Of a stretch of DNA of 64,000 nt, positions 13,068-24,870 are shown in pieces (position 1 is the stretch's first letter; each line of letters starts with the position of its first letter). This stretch comes from Laetmonice hystrix. Lineage: Eukaryota. Location: NCBI GenBank assembly GCA_965235115.1, contig OZ249436.1, positions 39,496,001-39,560,000 on the forward strand. The letters run 5' to 3'. Made by a program: the position numbers and the translations under genes. Below the pieces are notes generated by a model. That model worked only from the letters and a program-made list of their open reading frames with translations, did not search any database and was not told the origin of the DNA.

Positions 13068-13179
13068 TTTAAAGCGGGTTTCCTTGCAGGCCTTGCCAAG
13101 CAAGAAAAAAGTCACCTTCCTCGGGTGTTTTTTACGCACAGTGTGCATTTTACAACCATCTGTGACCTAATGAAACTGC

Positions 13180-13900
13180 TCTGTTGACAATTAGCTTGTT
13201 AATGTTTCGCAAACTTTCCTAAGCTGTCCACGACGCCCTCTTCACAAGATCTCCACAGGCACCTTTATGACAGTACCTTGGAAGTTGAGGGGCTAACGTA
13301 CTGCGGCTCTTGTACACCCCAAAGACCTGACTCATCACTTTTTAACCAGGGCGAAAAGGTATCCCTGGACACCCTCCGGTGAAGAGGAATAAATGACACA
13401 ACAAAATTGTGTTCCCTCGTAGTGCACGAGGTTCTGTGGATTTACATATTCCCGTAACCCAACCACAGGGAATAACTTAGGTTTATGTGTAAAAAGACTT
13501 GAGGTAATTTCTATCGTGTCAAACGTAATCCCGTGTCTATTATGTTCACACAAAATTCTCATCTTGAAAAAGGTCAGGATCCCCTGAATCTAAATGCTTA
13601 TTAATAATATCTGGTAATCATAACGCCTGACCACGCTGACCCGTTACCCGGGCTAGCAAAATTAATACGGGTACCTTAAGAGTGAAATTCCTAAATAAGA
13701 CTTTTCCGATTCTTTGGCCACTCCAAAAAACGTTTGAAAAAACCAGGTTGACGTCCGAGGCTTTCTCGTACTTTGATATGGGAAGCCGGTTCTCGTCGTA
13801 GTATCCCTTCATGAACCGACCTATTTCAGTTAGTAGTCCTCATAGTAGTTCCATGTGGCCATTGTATACCTTCTGATAAAGCACTCCTGACTATTAATAC
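13180..13900 (-). pseudogene. DIRS tyrosine recombinase remnant
   Basis: MKG...KY...DVNLV...TLKVPVLILLARVTGQRGQAL resembles DIRS YR box I (LLAL.TGQR.Q.L); broken by stops and frameshifts. Boundaries approximate. Confidence 0.8.
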
Positions 13901-14249
13901 CACTGTATTTGAGTCTTTCTTTACACAATGTGGACACACATTTTAACAATGACTCCACGCTTCCTGTTCGTGGATCCTCCTCCTTACTTATACAAAACCG
14001 TAACCACCTACATTTATCTAAATGACCAGCACACGGCTTCCTAATGTTGAATCTCCAAGACCTCCACATAATATTCACCACTTTCCTCCGATGAGGTGTT
14101 CCTAGGCTTTCTTCAAGAAAGGACACACCATCAGACAGACCTACTGTTAACTATTTCCGTTCTTTTCTGGAACAGGTCTGAACGAGATATTATTTGTCTT
14201 CTTTAGTGCCCACAGTGCATCCGCTGCTGCATTTTGCCTGTTTGAAGAA

Positions 14250-15600
14250 GGCGTGGCCCCGCCTGTTCGGAGCTATCAAGATCGTTTTGGGTATTATTCT
14301 TTGTGAATTTTGTAGGGTCTAACGTCTTGGACATCAGGGTGAAAGGCATAAATAACCCAATCACACCACTTAAAATGAAAACACCATTCTAGAAGCCCCC
14401 GGTCTGGACGCCAAACTGACATGTTACTTTAACTTCTATTTAATCTGGATGCCAAAAGGTCTATTTTGGCCTTTCTGAACCCACAACAAATGGCTTCAAA
14501 AATTTGTCCCCGGGAAGCATCCACTTGGTATTTTCAGTAAAAAGTCGACTCTGAAAGTCTACTTAAGTGTTCTTAGAGCCCGGAATGTGCTCGTGATTCA
14601 AATACTTTTATTCTGACACCAGTCCCAAATTAACATTGCCAACTCATTACAATCTGATTTAGTTCCTCCGATGTTATTATTCAGGCGACTGCTGTTGTAT
14701 TGTCTCCCAGAATCTTAATGTATATGTTTCGGTTGCCATCAATAAACGGTCTGAAACTTTACTACATTGCGCATTATTCAAGCACATTTAATTGGGATGC
14801 GCTTCTTAACTTCAGTTCTGGTACGGAAAGCCGAATTCTACGTTCACCATGAACTACACGGACCTTCCACCACAGCACGTCTTCCATCGTTAATGGTGTA
14901 AGGCACACTGTGCCCTCAACGTATCCGCCAAGCAATGTTAGGCATTTCCAGTCTTGTGTAGGGAGCCTTACTATAATCTAAACCTTTTATTAGGTCTACC
15001 ATTACCCCCAATCAACTGCGCCAGCTGACGCACCGTCAAGCTGTCCCTGTTCTCTACCTGTTATAAGTTTTAACACTTTCAGTAATTCATTGTCCGTCCT
15101 TTTTACTGAATCAATACTGGATCAATCTGATCCGTTGTTGGCTTCAGTATAGACTTCTACCCACTGACGCAAAACCGCAGGAACTTTGCACACTTCCCTC
15201 CTCTGCTTGCGGCAATTAAGGGAATCGTCGATTAAAGTCTAAGCAAATAACACCACTCTCCCTCGCAGAGGCGAAGATTTGGCACCAACACTTCACTAAC
15301 CATTCTCGGGTAAGAGGATATCCTGAAAGGTCGAACTTTAAGTTAAACTTGTACACCAGTCTGTCTCACACACTAAACTTTAACCGGTTCGTATTGGCAG
15401 TCAACAAAGAGATGGTGTAATAAGCTTTAGAGAGATCTATGGAGCCTAGCCACACTTCTTCTCTCAACACCTCAAGAGCCTGCTGCCGCGACGCCATGTT
15501 AAAATGTTTGTATTCACAACTCCTTAAATCAAGACACATGTAAAATCGACCTATGTAAGCCATCTTCTTCCCGGTAACAAAAGGATGTTGGAAATGAAAT
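14250..15600 (-). pseudogene. DIRS RT-RNaseH-methyltransferase remnant
   Basis: HFNM..WLGSIDLSKAYY (RT), NVLE and ILGDNTTAVA-like (RNase H), DLLASRLN..WRPD-like (MT); many stops. Boundaries approximate. Confidence 0.8.
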
Positions 15601-15833
15601 CATCTTAAGATTTCATGCACTTCTCGACAACGGCTTTAACCCCAAACAGGCCACTTTCTTGTCGACTAGCCCTTTCTTCGACAAACTAATATTGTACTCC
15701 TTTGGGGCTCTTTCTTCGACAAACTACATATTCCTTTGTGACTATCTCCTGACTAGATGTACGGCCAGATTGATCTTTCCTCCTGACACATATTGGATCA
15801 TGCACAGATCGAACACATGCCGACGCCAGGCAC

Positions 15834-16100
15834 TCAGATACATGTATTTACGTGCCACATGTGAACCGACATGACGACGTCCGTCGCACGAGTCGTCTTC
15901 TCATTAATATTGTCAACGTTCGTCAGGTCCCACACATCCGTGCACACGGCCGAGATAGCTACCTCTAACGTCTCTTGCTGCTTCTGCAGATTGACGTCCG
16001 ATGTCTTCCGAGTTATCGACAAAGCATCCAACACAATCTTGCTCGGCCTAGGGACACTGAGATAGGGCACGTTACCCGGACAAGGCACGAACCCGCATGT
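15834..16100 (-). pseudogene. DIRS gag-like remnant
   Basis: PGNVPYLSVPR..I.DAL...RKTSDVNLQKQQ resembles the P-N-L-VP...D..LQ..Q pattern of DIRS ORF1; located upstream of RT. Confidence 0.6.
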
Positions 16101-17427
16101 TCGTCCGCTTTTTTAGCTTTCAGTGGATTGCTACACCAGCTGTAGTTGAGTGCGTTTTGGAGCACCTTGCATAATGTCCTCCAGCGCGTCAGGACCCACG
16201 GGGCGTCCCCTACCAACTGCGCCATCAGTGAAATCCAGATTCCCTGACCTGGACCCTGAATACTGAAACTGGCTATTGTTTCTGGACATGGAGAACTCTT
16301 GTCATCTTTACCGCGGCCAGCAATGATGTGTTGCGGGGCACCTCCTCATAAAAGCCATTATCATCTGCATAATTCTCTACTACGTCTCCTGTAGCATCAT
16401 TCTACTGACTTGGTTAGCAAGGATCCATCATATCCTGTCTGCTGGTGATCCTTTCATTCATTGACTCGAAAACTGACCCAGGTTAACTAACTTGGCAGAC
16501 AGTTTGGCAGTCAAACTCTCAACTGACGCGGTCGCCTTACCGAGGAAGGCCAACAGTGATGCGTCTGTCCCAGCCTAAGATGCTTCTCGCATATCGCTGG
16601 CCTCCTTCCTGTCACACTCACTCTTCTGAGTCTTTGGCAATGGCAATCTGACCCTCAGTAACAAGGCTATCTATAAAGTTAGTCGGCTAGAAAATCCTGG
16701 AGTTTTTCCCTGGGTACAATTGCATTGTCCCATGACTCAAAAGTAATTCTTGTTACTTTTCCCCCTTTTTAGGAGTAAGTTATTTTAATGATAAACTGCG
16801 ACATCCAGTCGCAAAGCGCTTAAGTGGCATGATTAATGCCTACAGGAAATTAGGCTCCATTTTTACAAACTAGAGCTTTTTATTATTTGTCTGGACTTTT
16901 CCAGGAATTTCCAGAACTGGAAAACGTATTTTCTATTTTCCAGGAATTATCGGGAGTCTGTGAACCCTGTCACACCCAAACTTCTGCTTCCTGGCTGGTA
17001 TCTTAAATACATAATGGCCAAATTCGCAAAGAGTCTAACCAGTGGCAGTCTAGCCGTGACTGACCAATGCGGACATGTATGCACCTGTTGGTTCTCCGAG
17101 CCTTGCCGTCGCCCCTGGCAACCGACCTTGACCACAGCAAGGTCCAGCACGTCCACACACAGGCAGGGGCCATATACGCCCCGCACCGGTAGCACCTGAG
17201 ACTGCCACCGCTGACCATTCACCGGGCCCACTCAGGCGTGCACTCAAGCCTATTGTTATGTGCATGGTCTAAAACATAGCCTTTACTTCCAGCCCTGAAT
17301 TCAACTTGCAACCCTCACTAGGTCTTTGCTCCCACTGTCTATGTGGTTAAATTATTGGCCAGATTCACTCATACCGTATTTACTCAAACAGGGTATTTAC
17401 TCATGCAGAGTTTGTATAAATGGTCCC

Positions 17428-17935
17428 GACATTTACTCTCGCAACAGGATCTCTATCCTGCTGCACACAACGTCTACCCCATTCTCGAAGGTAGCATGTG
17501 TTTGAGAGACGAGTGCTCTGCCAGCCACCCGTTTGAGTCATGTCCCTGATCCCCGATCAAGACATTTTTCTCTCGCAACAGGATCTCTATCCTGTTGCAC
17601 ACAACGTCTACCCCATTCTCGAAGGTAGCATGTGTTTGAGAGACGAGTGCTCTGCCAGCCACCCGTTTGAGTCATGTCCCTGATCACTCACTGATCAAGA
17701 CATTTTCTCTCGCAACAGGATCTCTATCCTGTTGCACACAACGTCTACCCCATTCTCGAAAGTAGCATGTGTTTGAGAGACGAGTGCTAAGCCAGCCACC
17801 CGTTTGACTCATGTCCAGTTTTCTAACTAGGACATTTTCCCTCGCAACAGGATACCTGAACTGTTGCACACAAAGTCTACCCCCACAGGATAGCATGTGT
17901 TTGAGGGACGAGTGTAATGTCAGCCACTCGTTGAG
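17428..17935 (-). repeat. Four tandem copies of a ~133-bp structured unit in the DIRS 5' region
   Basis: Copies begin near 17428, 17561, 17699 and 17831 (gacattt..ctcgcaacagga...). Confidence 0.9.
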
Positions 17936-18087
17936 TGTACAGAGCAGTGGTCACCCACGTCTGACCCTCACGAAACCAAACGCTGAATTGACCCGAACGC
18001 GCCGAACCGTATCTCACATGCTCTCGCGTCTCGCGAGGGCCACAAGGTAGAATTATGATATTGTATACAAACATTTCGAGCACAAAC

Positions 18088-18304
18088 CTTTCTCTATAGA
18101 TGACTTTGAATTTGAGGAGACAAATGATGGGTTACTAGGCATGCGAATTCGTTCGGGATAAAACTGATGTGTTCGTCGATTTGGAAAAGTTGAGCATCCA
18201 TCCTGAGGGATGTCGTGTAAGGGACCTCTTTGTTGTCTTGGAAGCACTCTCTGGTATGGGAAGTCATCACTTAAAGTTTGCAGAGACTGATCCAATGTGG
18301 AACT
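18088..18304 (-). CDS. DLG5: DLG5 linker exon (ERIRMPSNPS); may start at an in-frame upstream acceptor (exon start 18385)
   Basis: Resembles the DLG5 ERIKIPS motif; ttgcag (or ccactag) / gtttgt; phase 0-1. Confidence 0.8.
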
Positions 18305-18558
18305 CTGCAATTCAAATATTACATCACTTAGTGCATGCGATAAGTTAAAGGGGCTATGTATAGACTTGGTCACATCATGAACCACCTAGTGGATACTTAG
18401 GGAACTATTATGAAACGGGTCTTGTCTGTCTCCATGAGGCAACAGGAACACCCATCCCCCCCCCGTATTGCAGTTTTAGTAAGCTTTACCACAGTCAAGG
18501 TCTACTTCAAGGCAAGATATTCAACACGCAGAAATCGATGAAAAAGGATGCATATTCG

Positions 18559-18577
18559 TGGTCACTAGAGGGCGCCA
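18559..18577 (+). promoter_or_regulatory. CTCF-like motif
   Basis: TGGTCACTAGAGGGCGCCA closely matches the CTCF core consensus; sequence match only. Confidence 0.4.
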
Positions 18578-18649
18578 CCTAGACTTTCGCGACACGTTAA
18601 CAGTTGAGGAAAGTCTACACGGTGTGTCTTTAACATTTGACAAGAACAT

Positions 18650-19612
18650 GGGTCATTCCATGTGAAATCACCCAGGGCTCCCATAGTGATAGTCTCAGAT
18701 TTGCTTCAAATTTTTTTAACATGTTGCCTGTGGTGCCAAATGAAAATATGCAAAGTTTTACCTCATTATCATTCATAGTTTTTTTTTAATAAGGGGTCAA
18801 AAAAGTGGGCGTGGCTCCTTTTATCGCGACAAAAATGCTGCCGACAGATTTATTCCCATCTTTAACAAACCATGATGACGTCTGAAATGTGTCATTATTT
18901 TTAAAAATCAATATTTTTTTTTCAAGATGAAAGGGTGCTAGTTTAACAATGAAAATAGGTATGTTGATGGTACACATCAAGGGCTTTCTGATGATATAAT
19001 TATTATCAAAATCGAAGGATACCCACATCTTTAAAAAAGGGGCCCAAATAGGGGGTTTTCCCCTGCTGAGACCCGGTACCTGCTATTCTTGCCAAAAAAC
19101 TACTGATCTTAAGTAACTGCTTTTGTTACTGTATGAAGCCCTTTAGTTGTACTATCATTTAGAAACAACTAAACTCAATTAATCCTATGAGGTATGGGTG
19201 AAAAGCTGATTTGAAATGTGACGATTTTTCATTTTCGTCAGAAAAATGCTCAAATGTAGCAGATAATTGCTTGACTCCTACTAGATTAAATTTTAATCTG
19301 ACACCTGCCAACAAGAGAGTATATGATGAAGGATCTATGTTGAAAAAATCAAGTTGATATCGTTGATAGTTCCTGAGCTATGGTTTGTTAAAGATGGGAA
19401 TGAATCTGTCGGCAGCATTTTTGTCACGATAAAAGGAGCCACGCCCACTTTTTTGACCCCCTATTAAACAAAAACTATAAATGACAATGAGGTAAAACTT
19501 TGCATATTTTCATTTGGCACCACAGGCAACATGTCAAAAAAATTTGAAGCAAATCCAAGACTATCACTATGGGATTTGTCTGAAAATTGGGTGATTTCAC
19601 ATGGAATGACCC
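18650..19612. mobile_element. Non-autonomous DNA transposon (MITE), Sola2-like ends
   Basis: TIR gggtcattccatgtgaaatcaccca / tgggtgatttcacatggaatgaccc, ~200-bp subterminal inverted arms, 4-bp TSD ACAT. GRG termini plus a 4-bp TSD fit Sola2. Confidence 0.85.
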
Positions 19613-19683
19613 ACATCAAGTAGATAAATAATACCACTTTGTCTATGGCAATTTATGACTGAAGCTATTGCTGGAGAACCCAC

Positions 19684-20008
19684 CTGTTGTGAGGGACTAG
19701 GTGATGGTGTGTTGTGGCGTTCCTTACGAACGCGATAGGCGCCACGGTCAGTATGATCTATCTCAGAGATAGAAGAGTTCAAGAGGTCGTTTCCCGACCG
19801 TGACGAGAAGCCGTTTGGGGAGGTATATTGAGATGAGGATGGTTGTGACGACGATGGCGATATCATTGGCGGCGGCGGTCCGCTGTTGGGGCCAGGTCGC
19901 TGCAGTGCTTGGAATGACGGTTGGGGTGACCGTATGACATGACTTACGGCCTGCGTTCTGCCCCGGGAAAAGGGAAAAGTCCCATCAGCACTCCTGTAGC
20001 TACGTGAC
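19684..20008 (-). CDS. DLG5: DLG5 linker exon (SRSYRSADG...PSPSQQ)
   Basis: tccttag / CAG-gtgggt; phase 2-0; open reading, S/P-rich. Confidence 0.8.
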
Positions 20009-20485
20009 CTAAGGAAACACACTGACTAGGTTGGTACCACGCTCACACACTGGGGTTAAGCAAAAGTGAAAGCTTGTGCACAGCAAAGCAACACTTAGGG
20101 TTTCTATTGATCAAAGCAAGTGCTGTACAAAAATAAAATTTGGTGCATAAAATAAGTGACTGCAACTTTGACTGCGATATTAATGTGCAGTTAATGTGGC
20201 AAAAGACAAACATGTGCAGGTAGAAGAAAATATGTACTGTATCTCAATTTATGTCCACCAGAGTTACTAATAAGTATGACAGAATGTGAGAATGACAGTA
20301 AAGAATATATTTTCTAATTAATTCGATAAAAAAGTGTCAAAGATAATGTATGCATACACATAAACATGACTATATGTTACTATAGGAATATGCTTTGAAA
20401 ATCTGTTTCCACAAATGCAAAATTTGTTTAAGCATCATTGCACATCAACTTGAGTAAAAACAATATGACAGGCCAGGCGTCTTAC

Positions 20486-22017
20486 CCTGAGGTGCTGGGA
20501 GGTTTGACCTGTGTGGGAGAGCTAAACCCCCTCTTGTCCCGAGGTAGATGGGGCTGGCTCGGCACAATGTTCTGCCCTCCGGACTGTGGCAGGGGTCGTG
20601 GCGAGTATATGGGCTGAATTGGCAATGTGGACGGTTTCTGGGCGACCGGTTGATGTGGACCTGCGCCATGCACCATGTTAGCCAGCTCCCACCGCTCCTT
20701 CCGACCTCGAGACGGTGCCGAGGTTGGACGACTGGAGCGCGAGTGCCGCATGTAATGCAGCTGATCCTGAGGGTCCAGTTTGGCCGACACAACCGTGTTG
20801 TCCAGCGGCCCAGAGTCCGGGCTGGAACCGTGTGCAAAGTACATGGAGTGTTTATCCGAGTTTATCATGTTCTGTGGTTTGTGAGAGTCGCGTTCTCTAC
20901 TCTCTCGGTCTCTACTATCACGTTCTGTGTCACGGTCACGTTCGCGATCACGCTCTCGTTCACCGAGGCCTGTTATGTTTGACTTTGACTGCAGTTCCAT
21001 GGGCACTGCACCATGGGGCACTGAACCCATCATTGGGTGTGCTGCCGGCTGCATTGAAGGACTAGAAGTCAGATACGAGCTTGATTTGCTCGTCATACCT
21101 GTTGGCACCATATTATTCATGTGATTATATTTGACTGAAGAATCAGAGTTCTGGGGACTGTGCTTGATTGAGGCCCCCCTATTAAAAGAGTCCTTTCGCA
21201 CGGGTGGAGTTGGAGGTACCTTGTCTCCACTACCACTGGACTGGGGACTTGGAGAGGCTACAGGACTGGCACTTGTCATATACTGAGGGTCAATGGCAAT
21301 ATTTGACAATGGTGGCCTTTCTTTCTTTGGAATAATAACCTTAAAGCCACCAGGACCGTTGACAGTTGGATATTCATAGTTTGTCCGACACTTAGGCCAG
21401 GTCCCACCGTTTTCCCTCTCCTTCTCTCGTTTTGAATGTTTATCGTTAGTCCTGGGTGCGAGCGGGGTCTTGCTCTGCTGTTGTTTGATAATCTCACTGA
21501 TTTCTTCGATCACACCAATGGCCTCGTCATCTGTGTGACGATCAGAGCCACCACTCATCACCATGATGTGGCCACTCATGCTTTGGCTGTTTTTCTCCCT
21601 CTCCATCTCCCTATCCTTACCTCTCTCCCGCTCCCTATCACTGGGGAACAAATTCCCTATCATTTTTATGTATGCCCTTTCGCTCTCATGGTGAACATTA
21701 CCATTGCAGGTGCGGCCCACTGTGGGCGGGCTGTCTAAACTGTCGGTTTGTGAGCCGCTAGATTTGATATTCATTGGTTTGCTGGAGTCGGGCGATGTGT
21801 TCACCCAGAGTCGGCTGCGCGGTGAACGCGGGCTGGTAGAGGGCGCCTCTGGTGACGACTCGGTCAGGATCTGACCAGAGGAGGCAGACGATGACACGAG
21901 TGAAGGTTGGGGTGTTGGGGCGTATTTGAGGACGCTGAGGACCACGTGGTCGCCACCTTCCTCCACAAGTCGCAATACTTCACCTACACTCAAGTTCTCA
22001 ACGCTGTGTCCGTTCAC
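20486..22017 (-). CDS. DLG5: DLG5 PDZ2 C-half plus long disordered Ser/Pro-rich linker
   Basis: Matches the 531-aa ORF; contains GGTWPK and PPTPPVRKDSF as in DLG5; ttgcag / gtaaga; phase 0-2. Confidence 0.92.
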
Positions 22018-22337
22018 CTGCAACCACAAAATGTACCATTTCACACAAAGATAATACACCGCAAAGATTGTGTGCACCGCTCAGAGAACTCATTAAAGTT
22101 AGATAATGCCTTGAGATATTCGCCGAAGGTAATCGCCGAAGGTAATCGAACTGCACATAAAGCCTCCATAAAGCAGGAAGTCTCATCTCTATAGGATGTT
22201 ATTAGTATGCCGTTTCCACTCTGTTCTTCCCAGAAATATACATACAATATACATGCCAACATTTTACTTTTGACCTTTATGAAAGACAAATAAATTGATA
22301 AAATAGATATACGACAACCAACAAAAACTTCACTCAC

Positions 22338-22441
22338 ATTCAGAATCCGGTCTCCGATGGCAAGGTTGCCCTCTTTAGCAGCAGCTGATCCAGGCAGGAT
22401 CCGACTTATATACAGACCACTTTCAATGCTAAGCCCAAGTT
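22338..22441 (-). CDS. DLG5: DLG5 PDZ2 N-half (LGLSIESGLYISRILPGSAAAKEGNLAIGDRILN)
   Basis: Clear PDZ; ttacag / gtgagt; phase 1-0. Confidence 0.95.
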
Positions 22442-22653
22442 CTGTAAGACACCAGATATTTTCAAATGAACAAAGACCTCATACCATAATCAGATATTGG
22501 CATTTAGGGATTTTTTGAGGGCTCCGAGCTCCCTCTCTTGAAAATTCAATATCTGCCCCTAGTCCCCCCCCCCCCGCTTCCGGCTGCCCCAACACATTCC
22601 AAGAGTTAGTTATCGATTAGTGTTGGTCTCCTCCGCCAGGTGGCAGCACGTAC

Positions 22654-22829
22654 CTCTCGTTCCCGAGAGGTGTAGGTGTACCGGTTGTATTGGGCGCGTG
22701 GTGGACGACTTGCGCCGCCGGACAACCATGTTGATAACACTACCGCCATTCTTGACGGCCTGAAGCACTGTTCTCTTCTCCGTGTTGGTAATGTCCATGT
22801 TATTGATCCTCACCAGCTGGTCATTCACC
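22654..22829 (-). CDS. DLG5: DLG5 PDZ1 C-half (VNDQLVRINN...INMVVRRRKS)
   Basis: gatag / gtacgt; phase 2-1. Confidence 0.93.
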
Positions 22830-23089
22830 CTATCAAAGGAAGATTATGCAGCATTAAGCCAGACTAAAATGTACCAAATATTCCACTCTGAAAGGACAGA
22901 TGTACTGTAGTCCTGGGGCGCAGTGACAATTGCTTACATGAAATATCTTATTTGCATTTTTTTATGTTTATCTCATATGATCCTTCTCTTTCCAGTCCGT
23001 AAAGTTAAGTTTAGTCAAATTTCCACTAGCGGCATGTCAAATGACAACTGCATTGTAGTGCAAACACAGTAACCGCAGAAAGTGCTTAC

Positions 23090-23217
23090 TTGAGCTTTCC
23101 ATGCGCTGTGCTGTTTTTGCTAACGTTGCTGACAAAAATGGAGGTGTCATTGGGGAACTGCGGGTCGTCCTTACCCCCTACCAAGTCAAAGCCGATGTCA
23201 TTACTGCTGACGGCCCC
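23090..23217 (-). CDS. DLG5: DLG5 PDZ1 N-half (IGFDLVGGKDDPQFPNDTSIFVS)
   Basis: PDZ binding-loop motif; ttgcag / gtaagc; phase 0-2. Confidence 0.93.
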
Positions 23218-24330
23218 CTGCAAACAGGTCGACAGTCTTTGAACAGTCCTTGACGGCAACTCGGAGTCCTTCAGGAACGGATCAGTAAGCTCACTGCCTT
23301 GGATTCCTAAATGACCCCCCGAAATGTCTTATATTGACATTACCCAACCAATATTTTTGCTTACAGTTAATTATTGCTCCAGGGAAATGTTCTTGTAGAT
23401 TATTACATCAAAACCACAATGTCAGACACTGTGTAAGTATCATGACAGACTTACAACAGTGCACCATGCAGACCATCCACTATATCTGTGAACCACTCCA
23501 CTGATTGCCAAATTGCTGATTGTTGGATTAAGCATCAGTACCAAAATATTGATTTTAATTTGTTTTAACATCCCTGAGTGTGTGTTTTAGCAAATTTAAA
23601 ATATTACCCCCTGTGGGGAATCTATAATGATCTTCGTTCACAAAGTTGTAAAGATTCAACAAAATCTGTGTGAACTGTGATTAAGAAATATCCCTCGTCA
23701 AATATCTTTCCTGCTAATTCCTCTCCTATTGCCTTAGAGACAATTTATCTTGATGTACATGCAGAGCCAAAGGAGCGAGGATGATTCAAGGCCCACTGGG
23801 GCCTGCATTTAGACTCGGCGCTTGTTAGCTCTAGAGGTGCATATCAAGGTCAGCTGCGGAAAGTCCATATTGATCGTATCAATAAATCCATATTTCTTAC
23901 CCTTACCCACCCTCTGGATTCACCCCTTCACCTTTAAAGCAGGTTTACCGACCTCCTAAACCTTTTATGAAACCTAACATATTCTAGCAATCATCTTCAA
24001 ACAGTTTTTTTTAGAATATTCGTAGTCTCACACTGATATCCTTAGCTAGTGGTCCACTAAATTCACCAGTGTAGCTAGTAAAGGATGCAGGGAAAGGTTA
24101 AGAGCTAAAATGTCAAGTGTTGCATGCACGCCGCCGGTGGTAACACCAATCTTAGACCTCAATCACCATCAAACCTTTTCCCTACAATTGTGCATGTGAG
24201 GAAAAGACGCATTTTTTTTACTGTAAAGAATGTGGCTTGAACTGCTAAATCAAAAGGACGAGTTCGGTTTTCTTATTGCGCAAATTTTGCAATACAAACT
24301 GTAGTTATATTATCTTGCGTTCAAACTTAC

Positions 24331-24466
24331 AATGTCTAACTCCAATGTTTCAGTTTCCCATTCCTGGAGATCTGCATCAATGGCCGAGTCTCGACTGTTG
24401 TTGTGACCAACTGAATGTAACTGGGTCTTCCGGGCCTCCTTTTCCAGAAGACCTTCATACTTATCC
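24331..24466 (-). CDS. DLG5: DLG5 exon (SRDSAIDADLQEWETETLELDI)
   Basis: Conserved pre-PDZ1 motif; ttccag / gtaagt; phase 2-0. Confidence 0.93.
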
Positions 24467-24653
24467 CTGGAATTAATTTACAGTGTTAACAAAGATTACA
24501 GCATTTCTTCTGGCCTTATGTCTTATTACGATGAACACCAGACCACAATCCATAAAAAGGCAATAAGCAGATTACAAAATCTACAGACCTCTATTTTTCT
24601 CAATCGGATCTACCTGACTTTACTAGTTACAACAAGAGAGCTCAGATACTCAC

Positions 24654-24870
24654 TTCAGTTCCGTGAGCTCCTTTGTCGCCTCGTTCTTTTTCTTTTTTAA
24701 ATCATCGAGGTCCCTGAGCGCCTGAGCCTGCTCAGACACCGCTCTGTCCCGGTCCTGCCGTAACCGATCACACAAGGTCTTAATGCTCTCTCGTTCCAGG
24801 ACAATTTTATCTCTCTCACTAAACGCCCAGTCTCTCCTCCTCTTGGACAGCTCCGCCTCCGACACGGCAT
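24654..24870 (-). CDS. DLG5: DLG5 exon, coiled coil (RRRDWAFSERDKIVLERESI)
   Basis: Conserved DLG5 motif; catcag / gtgagt; phase 1-2. Confidence 0.95.

Larger units (their letters stand above)
12733..18054 (-). mobile_element. DIRS-like tyrosine-recombinase retrotransposon, coding-degenerate
   Basis: Imperfect ITRs (17987-18054 vs 12774-12842), 3' terminal extension (12733-12773), ICR at 12947-13067 complementary to both ends, AATT at both termini and at the ICR junction, no conventional TSD; gag/RT/RNaseH/MT/YR remnants in DIRS order. Confidence 0.93.

Noticed and set aside
20445..21738. Overlapping 100-144 aa ORFs in other frames and on the + strand
   Set aside because: Shadows of the long DLG5 exon.
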